A DNA stretch of 64,000 nucleotides from Psammoneis japonica. Lineage: Eukaryota. A program made the translations under genes and the position numbers. The stretch spans positions 1-64,000 of the forward strand of contig QPGO01000126.1 in NCBI GenBank assembly GCA_008632985.1, in the 5' to 3' direction. This document shows, piece after piece, positions 22,030-31,132 of this stretch. Within the stretch, counting starts at the first letter, position 1; the number at the start of each line of letters is the position of its first letter. Under the pieces are notes generated by a model, which ran no database searches, was not told the origin of the DNA, and saw nothing but the letters and a program-made list of their open reading frames with translations.

Positions 22030-23920
22030 AGTGCTCTCACAATCTATTTCTAAGGGAATGACAACAACAATGGATGAGGATGACAATCTTTCCAAACAAA
22101 TCCTCGCGGAAATGGCACAAGCTGCGGGACTGCCAATGCTGTGGTTGTTGCGTTGCAATTGCATCTCTTGTCAAAAAGGACACCACAGCTGCGCCAATGC
22201 AAGAGAAATTCATTTGCACAAACTTCATGATTTGGTTCAGCTGCCACACAAAATTGGCTTGTTGCATCAACTTGGAGTTTTGAGCTTGGGGGTGTGCTTC
22301 AAGCTTGAGTGGATCCCCCCTGAAATTGGTCAGCTGCAGCGACTTGAAGAGTTGCACTCATCTTGCAACCCAATCATTTTGTTGCATTGCCCAGTGAAGT
22401 GTGCAAATTGAAAAGCTTGAAGGTGTTAAAATTGCTCAAATGCCATGGTCTTGAGAGTTTGCCTGTGGGAATTGGGCAGCTGAAGCAACTCAATGTCCTC
22501 AATCTTTGGGAATGTGAAAGTCTCAAAGAGTTGCCAATGGGAATTGGGCAGCTGAAGCAACTGAAAACTCTCAGCCTCAGCTGCTGCAGAAGTCTCAAAG
22601 AGTTGCCAGATCAGCTGTGGCAGTTGACAAACTTGGTGGAGCTGGATTTGCATTGTTGCAGAGCTCCCTGACTCAGTTGTCCCCTGAAATCGGACAGTTG
22701 CAGCAGATCAAGAAACTTTGTGGCAACTGCAAGAAACTCACGAAAGTCCCAATTGAGATTGGGAAGCTTTCATAACTGCAAGAACTCAAACTTTGTGACC
22801 ACTCCAGTGGCTTGGATGAGTTCTTGTAAATCGCCATGAGCAACTTGGTCAATCTGACAAGGTTGGATCTCAGCGGTTGTTCCGAACTTGTTGAGTTGCC
22901 TCCCAAGATGGGATTGCTCACAAAGTTGGAGTGCTTGGCTCTGGAGGGGTGTGAGCAGTTGACGTTGATTCTAAAAGGAAATCCTTGAGCTGCCAAGTCT
23001 TCATTGTCTCCACTTGGATGGTTGTTTGTTGCTTGCAATTGCTCCCAAGGACATTGGAGAAGCTTTGCACTCCATTCAAGATGTGCACATGCCAATGAAT
23101 GACCAAGATGAAATGGGTTGCCACACCCAAATGAACAAAGCAGGAAGACACTTGCTGCACTGCCACAATGTGCCAGCAGCTCTTTGGCCGCATGTCTTGG
23201 CAGGTCCGTGCAGCGATGAGAATTTCATTTTTTGGTTCCTGACAAACAATCTGGACTTCGTCAAGACAGGAGAAATCAAGGAACAAGCACCCTCGCATCA
23301 TGAGCAGTCAGTGGCAGTTCTCAGGTGAATGCAGGCAGATGTGCAAGTTTCAGTGCAACTTCTGATTGTTGTCCATCATCATTCCTTGCTGCTGGAGCAG
23401 ACACCATTCACAGATTGTGCCAGCAGCTCTGATGTGCCTGTGAATGCTTGGAGCACTTGTTGGGATGCGGTGCCCTTGACATGACATTGCACTTCATTGG
23501 TCCTTTTTGGAATGTTTCTTGGGGTGCAAATGCTGACATCGATGTGACTGGCCACACCCGTGGCCTGACTTTGACAAAAATTCTTGATCGCACACTGTCC
23601 TCTTGCATCTTGTTTGATCTTCAAAGGATGCTGTGACAGTTGCTGTCTTTGCTTGATGACAAAATGGAGCTCAAGAGGAGAGCATCACTGGCAGTTTCAT
23701 TCTTGGATCCCAGCATGAAGCATGACACATGTTTTTGCGACTTCATCTGGCTGCATCTTGTCCACTTCGGAATTGGGCCACTGCCGAGAATGGCGGTAGA
23801 GAGGCACATTCAATCCCTGGCCAAAATTGAGTGAGACAGCATTGTTGGTGCCCATGGTGTTGAAGTTGGCATCTGCAGTGGACATGACCAAGTTTGTGAG
23901 GCACAAAAGCGTCAGTGCAG
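22030..23920 (+). repeat. Segmental duplication of about 1660-3630 (LRR gene plus about 0.65 kb downstream)
   Basis: Homology continues past the stop, e.g. aaatggagctcaagaggagagc at about 3361 and 23662. Confidence 0.9.
22070..23286 (+). pseudogene. Degenerate paralogue of the LRR gene at 1702-2943
   Basis: Collinear nucleotide homology with frameshifts and stops; systematic TA->CA/TG and CG->CA/TG changes. Confidence 0.92.
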
Positions 23921-24865
23921 CACACCCCAAACAGCGGCCATTTGCATGAGACACCAGCGGGACAATGCAAACCGAGGCGTTTCTTGTGCCCCAATCACCA
24001 TCGCTGTGTTGTTTGCTCTGGGCACAATTCAGAGTAAAAAATTGTCATGTTCACCACAGACAGTGTCTTGTTGCAGTGCTGTCATCTTTTGATTGCAGAA
24101 ATCAGGCACTGGTCTGCACGTTTGGCACTGCTGGAAAAACTTGGGTGGCTGAGCAGTGCCCCCACCTTGCCGACAGACGAGGCCCAAGTCGGGTTGGATG
24201 CACTCTCCAATGAAAACGCAACAATGACTCCCATTGGAGAGTGCCCCATGAAGCGATTTCACCCCCATGAAGGATCTTGCCTTGCATTGGTGACTTTTTC
24301 AGATGCAATGGCAAGAAAAGCAGGAGCAAGGAAGTTCTTGTGCACAGTTGCTTGCATCTCAAGGGCTCTGGGTCCTCTTCCACACATCGACATGCCACTC
24401 TTTTGCACACTTGGAGGAATGCAAGGCAATGGATGCCTGTTGACAAATTGTGAAACATGCTCTGGTCACATTTCACTTTAACCGTGACTCTCTCAAAATC
24501 ATTGACACGTTGGCTGCCGTGATTTTGGCATTGTCACAGCTGGACACAACCACGCAAGTCCACAATGACGACTCAAAATTGAAAGAGACGCCGATTGGTC
24601 ATCTCAATGCCACTGCTCACTGGCTTTACACGCCTCTTGAGGTCTTTCAGGTCATTGCAATTGTCTCCGGAACCATTCACTCCATCCTGTGCGGAAATCC
24701 ACATTATGTTGACCCCAGTCAGACTGAGGCGACATTTTGGTGACGTGTCAGGCTCTCAGTCATGACTGATGTGCATAACAATTTTATTATTTTGGGGTTC
24801 GGTCATGCAATAATTGTCGTTATTATGGTTGTGGAACGTCATGATCAATTATAAAAAACGTCAGC

Positions 24866-27379
24866 ATGAGACATTTTCAACCTCACAAAAAGCGATACTG
24901 GAAGCTGCAAGAGGCCTCCGGTTCAAATTGCTCTCGTGTGCACTTTTTTCTGTGGCCACCTTCCTTTTTAATTTTTCTCGCGATTGCTTTCAGAATGCAC
25001 ACACGGAGCGGTCCCGGAACGACTATGACGACGCTTGCCAACCAGCAACGGGCCAGAGGCATGCGCACCAGGCATAATGCTAGCCGCCTGAGGACTGAGC
25101 AACAACTTATGGGGCCTCTGGTGCATCCACAGCAGCTTTCTGGTGTCAACCAGCGAATGATGTCTGAAACAGTGCTGAACATCGCAGATCAGAATACGGT
25201 CGACAACAACAGTCTCGCGTTCGACCCAAAGAAGGATGAATTCAGGGCGCATTGTGAGTCAAAAGCCGCTGTTGGTGATGACACCACACACCTTGTTACA
25301 AAGGAAAAAGTGCACGAATTTATGTTCCATCAGGCATTCCGAGAAAGGAAGAAACAAGGTGGGAAACGAAAGCGTGGCGAATCGGAACCGACGGGCGGCA
25401 ATTTTGATACCTCCAATTTCCGTACAGTTATCCACACCTACCAAAAAATATTTCAAGAGTGTCTTCAAGGAACAAGGAGTGAAATGCCGGAGCCGCAAAA
25501 CCCGGTCGGCCACAGTTTGATGGCACAGTGCAAATGCGCTGTCAAACACATTCACACGCGGCAGGTCGCTCAGAATGCAAACTCGCTTCCATGGGAATTT
25601 ATTTGGACGGAAGACACAGAAAGGCTGATGAAAATGGTCAGCAATCGCAAGGAAAGAATCAACAAAAAAAATTACAAAGAAAAGATTGACCACGATTTTG
25701 CACCACATGCAGCCATTCAAGAGCTGGACTCGATCGAATCGTGCTTGTGGAAGAGTGGATACAACACCTCTCGTCAGGCTTTCTGTGGCTTAAGAAACCG
25801 TTGCTGCTTCTTACAGACTTTCTCAGGGATTCTACGTGGGGAGTCAGTCTACAAAGCAGAGCTGTCCGATCTCTTGTGCATGAAAATGCAGAAAGATTCC
25901 GACCCTCACCCTTTGACGCTTCTCATCATGCAGACAGCTACGGGAAAGACAAACAAAGGTGTGAAATTGTGTGGCCGCAGCATGAGGCACCTGAATCCCC
26001 TCCTTTGCTCTGTGGGAAGCCTTGGATTCATGTTGCTCTATCGATTCTACCTGACTGGGGAAATGGACCAGCCGCCCGACTTTACCGACAACAAGTCGTG
26101 GTTCGACATCAAGCTTCTGGTGGACTCCAGAACCACTGACAACACCGTGAACATCTCTGACGCGACTTGTGGTGATGCCATGAAGAAAATTGGAAAGGAG
26201 GTGGGCATTCCCATGAACCACTGCGTCCATTTTGGGAGAGTCCTCGGAGCTGTTGAAATGGAGTTTCTAGAGCGTCCCAGCGAAGAGACGCGAACCCTTG
26301 GAAACTGGGACCCAAAGACACAAGAGAAGTTCTACTCTACAAAATTGCCCATGCCATCCATCCGAGCCAAAGGTGGGTTTCACAAAGCCAACGGCATGCA
26401 TTTCAATCCCAGAACAGTGGTTGAGCCGCCAGAAGAGCTCCAGGCGACCACATTTCCATTTGTTGAAGAGTCTCACAATGCTGTGGTGACTTCCATGGCG
26501 CAAAACAATGCCGCTCATCACACCGCCATCAACTTCTTGGTGCTGTTGAAGGAGCTTCGACGAGTGATTCTTCAAGATGCAGCAGCCATTCTAGAGCTCC
26601 ATCCCGAGCGATCAAGGCACCCGCTTTTTCAGATGGAGGTGTTTCAGCATCCACTGTTTCTGGAGTTTCGTCAAACCATGCGGGAGAGCCTGCAAAGCGC
26701 CTCTTCTCCGGCAGACTCAAGCCTCTCTGCTGTCCTCCCAGGAGTTCATGAGCGACTCTCATCTCTCAGTCACGGGCAGCAGCAGTTGGAAGCTGGTCAG
26801 AAGCGTCTGGAGAGCAAGCTTGATGGCTTTGTTGGCGAGTACCGTGCCAATGAAGGAGCCCGGTCGGCAGCAGCAGGACAGCTCACACTGGCTGCCAGCA
26901 GCTTGCTTCATGGCAGAGGACTCTCCAGAGCTGGCGGCAGCGCTCAAGTTGGTGCAGGAGGGAGCTCCAGGGTGGAAGAGGGGCCCGGCAGCAGCACTGA
27001 CACTGCAGATACTGGCATCACAACAGCAGCTCCAGAGGGATTTGGCTACAAACCACCGCGTCAAAACCACTCTAGCGTTCAGTCGATTTACGACCAGTGG
27101 CATGGCTTGAGCGCGTTCAAGGACAAGCCTGTGGTTGGAGGGCTGGAAAAGATGGAAAGCGACCACAAATGCATATGGCGGAAGGACTTTGATAAAGCCG
27201 ACTCACAGTACTTTTCTCGAGTCAAGCGCATTGTGAAAGCGATAGACTCGCTACGAAGCGCAAACCCGCAGAAGACGGCGAGTGTCATCATTGAAGAAAT
27301 GAACACAATTTACAAGGCTGAAGCAAACCAAAAACTTTCTAATTTTGTCAAGGTGTTGAAGGATAAGAACTACATATGA
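24866..27379 (+). mobile_element. Crypton (CryptonF-like) tyrosine recombinase with Ndc10-II-like and C-terminal GCR1_C-like domains; true start probably ATG 24995 or 25026
   Basis: Catalytic-type motifs ILRGES, GKTN, HFGR, LGNW, FYSTKLP; MRH.NPLLC.VGSLGF; C-terminal SVQSIYDQW..GGLEKME..WRK..YFSRVKRIV. Confidence 0.85.
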
Positions 27380-27410
27380 ATGGCAAGTGGCATGGGGGAG
27401 ATAGCGACGG

Positions 27411-28156
27411 CACAGGAGCCTCCGACTTGGCCTGCATCGTTTGCCGCCGACTCAAACTTGAGCGATCTTTCAAAAACTGTTTTTCCGGTGATAAGTCCAA
27501 TGGTGCAAAATAAAACTAAGCATCTCATATTCTTTGTTGAATTGATATTTGAAACAAAACAAGAAGTGAGAAAATCGGTTGAAAAATGAGACAGCACCGG
27601 AGCCTCCGACTTGGCGTGTATCGCACCCCGCCGACTCAAACTTGAGCGATCTCTCAAAAACTGTTTTTCCGATGATAAGTCCAATGATACAAAATAAAAC
27701 TAAGCATCTCACATTCCTTGTTGAATCAATATTCGAAACAAAACAAGAAGTGAGAAAATCGGTTGAAAAATGAGACAGAAACTGCTACGCAGCACTTACA
27801 GTTGTCCAATCTGAATCAAATGAATCAATTTTGCATTCGTTCAAAGTCCACATCTTTAGCTTAGAATGGCTTGTTTCGCAATTCCCACACTCTCATCACC
27901 TCACACACATAATGTGTGCGAGTTCAGAAACAAGAATCGGGAAGATTGACCAAAAAATGACGACGAAAGCCCGCTGCATCAGTTGACAAACTCCATCAAC
28001 TAGAAATCCAATTGGGTGAACTTTCAAAAAATATTTTGTCGGTAATAAGTCCAATTTCGAAGAGTAAAACCAAGACTCTCACATTACCTGTCAAATTGAC
28101 GTGTCAAACAAAACAAGAAGTGAGAAAATCGGTTGAAAATTCATTGAGATAGCACC
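27411..28156. repeat. 184-bp tandem repeat (2 copies, 27411-27778) plus a diverged partial third copy (about 28015-28156)
   Basis: ggagcctccgacttggc at 27415 and 27599; aaacaaaacaagaagtgagaaaatcggttgaaaa occurs three times. Confidence 0.9.
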
Positions 28157-28652
28157 TCCCAAAACCCCCCACGAGCTCATGGTGCTACTGTTGTGATGTG
28201 TTTTCCGGATCCGATGGCCGTTTCCGGTTCGGTACTCATCCTACTTATTTTCTACCTACGGTGTCACGGTGTACACAACTAGGAGAGAATCGTTATTCCA
28301 GTGAGTCAGAAATGCAAGTGGGCCGCGTAGCGGCCCACGTAGAGAACATACCACACGAGTCATGACCAGTCATAAATAATGGACCAGAATAACGCTTCAT
28401 TATTTGAACATGATCGTCTACATGTGGTCGTGGGCGGCCCCGCAAATCCAGTCGTGGGCGCCCCCGCCCAATCAATCCACGTGAGTCCATGTGTCGACCG
28501 TCACAGCATTTTAGGGCTACGGCATCTACTGTATCGGCAAATCGGCACGCATCGTCGATCTTATTTTTTGTGTATTTATCAGTAAGGTTTATTTAGGGCT
28601 ACCCTCTTTGAGCTGCTCACTGCGTGTATAAGTAATAGGAGTATTTCCTACA

Positions 28653-30959
28653 ATGAAGAACAGCAGCATCATTCGCTCCATCAGTGTCTTCCACAAGGAG
28701 TTACCGTTGGCTTCTCCGTATTGTTTGTCGGGTGGCACGGTACACTGCAGCGAGCTGCATGCTACAATTGTCCGCATTGATACGACCGATGGATACTCTG
28801 GTTGGGGTGAGAGCACGTCTTGGAGTCACAATTATTTGCCAGCGTTTGCGGGTGGCGTTCGTGCGTCTCTTGAATTGCTTGCTCCCTACTTGGTGGGCAC
28901 ATGCGCGACGGACTTGGATAAGCTCAATCAACTCATGGACCATGTGTTACCGGGACATTTGTACGCAAAGTGCTGTATCGATATGGCTTGTTGGGACATT
29001 CTTGCGCAGCGTGCTAAACTTCCTCTTTATGCTCTGCTCGGTGGTGCGCACGGCGACGGAGTGGAACCAAACAGTTCCATTTCGACAAACAGCGCGGAAG
29101 AAATGAATCGGGACATTCACAAGTATCGGAAATTGGGATACAAGGTTCATTCCGTCAAACTCGGTGGCGCTGATCCACAAGTGGACATTGAACGGGTCCG
29201 TGGAGTGGTGACGAATCTCAATCCAGACGAAAAGGTTACCTTTGACGTGAACCGGGCATGGACTCCGGCAGTGGCTTGTCAAGTCATGAATGCCACCCAC
29301 GACATTGCTCCCGGGTGGTTTGAACAGCCCTGTGAAACCATGCAAGAATGTGTAATGGTACGAAAGTTGGTGCAGCAGCCGCTCGTGCTGGACGAGATTG
29401 TCGATACCTACGAGTCACATGTGCGTGCCTTCCGTCAAGACGCGTGCGAGGGCATCAAGCTAAAGCCACTCAAGAGCGGAGGCATCACCAAGTCTCGCCG
29501 TATCCGTGATTTCGGAGTCGGTGTGGGGTGGAAGATGCACGTTGAGGCCGTCGCGGGAACCATCTTGGCCGATACGGCGGCAATTCACCTTGCCTTGTCG
29601 ACGCCACTGCCCAACAGAATGGCGTCTTGGTTGTCTCATATGCATCTGACACAAGCGGGAGAGATTGCGCCGGGTCAGGGAGCCAGGTTAAAGGATGGTC
29701 TCATTTGTATCCCGGACAATGTTGTTGGCATTGGTGTTGTGCCGGATTTGGCATTCTTGGGATCACCGGCGGCCGTTTATATGCAGTCGTCTCCAACGTC
29801 CGGTCCAAGCACGACCCCCAAACGTAAGAATGAGATAGCCTATGAAGCAATACCGCGTGTTATGAAAGCAATGGTACTCACCGGACATGGAAGCCTGGAC
29901 CAAATCAAGTATGAGGAGGAATGGCCGGTTCCCGCATTGAAGAGTGGCGAAGCCTTGATTCGCGTTCATGCTTGTGGACTAAACAATTGCGACCTCAACA
30001 TGTGCCTCTCTTGGTATTCAAAGGATGTAACCGTTTCTCATGACCAGTCCCAATCAAACGGAGATATATCATGCAAGTGGAATGGAAAGGAAGCTCAATT
30101 ACCCAAGATTATGGGTTCTGACATTTGTGGAACGGTCGTTGCTCTTGGGCCCGACACCGACTTTGCACGTGACCTACTCAATCGACGTGTACTGGTTGAT
30201 CCATGGATTCCAGTTGCTGGCTCTGGAAAGGAACGAATCAGTATGGCTTACCTTGGTTCTGAGGTTGATGGAGGCTACGCAGAGTATTGCAAAGTTCCCA
30301 TATCTAATGTCCATTGCGTAGACGACCTTGACGACTTTTCGGATGAGGAACTGGCTACTGTGGCATGCAGCGCTGTCGCTGCCGAAACCATGCTCCACAA
30401 TGCTAAGGTAGGTGCTGGAGACGTTGTCCTTCTCACAGGTGCATCTGGCGGTGTTGGTACTTGCTTGTTATCCTTGATTAAACGGCGCGGAGCTACCATT
30501 ATCGCCGTAACTTCCGAGTCCAAGATGAGTACCGTTCTGGAATGTGGAGCTGATTTCGCGCTTCCAAGAGAGGCGGTACGTGATGCGGAGACGCTACGCA
30601 GAGCAATAGAAGAGGAATGCGGTCAAGACGGTATCACTGTGATTGCCGACACCGTTGGCGGGTTAGCGGCCGAAGTTTCCCTTCAGGTGTTGCGTGAACG
30701 GGGTAGATACGTGTGCTGTGGTGCGATTGCTGGTGCTACGCTCAGGGTGGATCTAAGAGATTTGATATATCATGATTTGGAAATGCATGGTGCAGCTCAA
30801 TCGCATTTGAGCTGTTTCAGTGACATTGTGTCTTACCTTCGGCATGGAGAATTTACTCCTCGACTTGCCCTACAGTACCCGCTGGCGAAACTTCATGAGG
30901 CTTTGGAAGCCTTCAAAGAGAAACGGCACACGGGAAACATAGTTGTCACAATGAAGTAG
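28653..30959 (+). CDS. Fusion: mandelate racemase/muconate-lactonizing (enolase superfamily) enzyme plus MDR/zinc-binding alcohol dehydrogenase family oxidoreductase
   Basis: GWGE, IDMACWDI, HSVKLGG, DVNRAW, EQPC, LDE, KLK; then VHACGLN..D, GSD.CG.V, DGGYAEY, LTGASGGVG, G.IVV; intronless. Confidence 0.9.
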   Translation: MKNSSIIRSISVFHKELPLASPYCLSGGTVHCSELHATIVRIDTTDGYSGWGESTSWSHNYLPAFAGGVRASLELLAPYLVGTCATDLDKLNQLMDHVLPGHLYAKCCIDMACWDILAQRAKLPLYALLGGAHGDGVEPNSSISTNSAEEMNRDIHKYRKLGYKVHSVKLGGADPQVDIERVRGVVTNLNPDEKVTFDVNRAWTPAVACQVMNATHDIAPGWFEQPCETMQECVMVRKLVQQPLVLDEIVDTYESHVRAFRQDACEGIKLKPLKSGGITKSRRIRDFGVGVGWKMHVEAVAGTILADTAAIHLALSTPLPNRMASWLSHMHLTQAGEIAPGQGARLKDGLICIPDNVVGIGVVPDLAFLGSPAAVYMQSSPTSGPSTTPKRKNEIAYEAIPRVMKAMVLTGHGSLDQIKYEEEWPVPALKSGEALIRVHACGLNNCDLNMCLSWYSKDVTVSHDQSQSNGDISCKWNGKEAQLPKIMGSDICGTVVALGPDTDFARDLLNRRVLVDPWIPVAGSGKERISMAYLGSEVDGGYAEYCKVPISNVHCVDDLDDFSDEELATVACSAVAAETMLHNAKVGAGDVVLLTGASGGVGTCLLSLIKRRGATIIAVTSESKMSTVLECGADFALPREAVRDAETLRRAIEEECGQDGITVIADTVGGLAAEVSLQVLRERGRYVCCGAIAGATLRVDLRDLIYHDLEMHGAAQSHLSCFSDIVSYLRHGEFTPRLALQYPLAKLHEALEAFKEKRHTGNIVVTMK

Positions 30960-31132
30960 GGAAACCAACCATTATGCCTAGGTTGGTAGTTGATAGAATA
31001 CATCTGGTAATCGAACGCATGGCAAACGATATTAATTCTCGTTAACAGCACTGAATATGGTAGAGTCGGAAAAGGTGATTCCCATCGAATTGCGGCGGCC
31101 TCATGACAACAGTTCCTTGATACATGACAGAT

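Noticed and set aside
22030..23920. Classical RIP or simple 5mC deamination as the sole cause
   Set aside because: Those are C->T changes and RIP increases TpA; here TpA is the substrate that is lost. CpG decay is present but additional.
5450..24760. Hundreds of short overlapping Cys/His-rich ORFs here and in the other depleted blocks
   Set aside because: Expected by-product of losing TAA/TAG stops; no family motifs apart from the relics listed.
24741..28106. TGACGTGTCA at 24741 and 28097 as terminal direct repeats of the Crypton
   Set aside because: The second copy lies inside the diverged third tandem-repeat unit; a 10-bp match cannot be accepted without other copies.
27411..28156. CRISPR-like array
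   Set aside because: Units are 184 bp with no unique spacers, there are no cas genes, and the context is eukaryotic.
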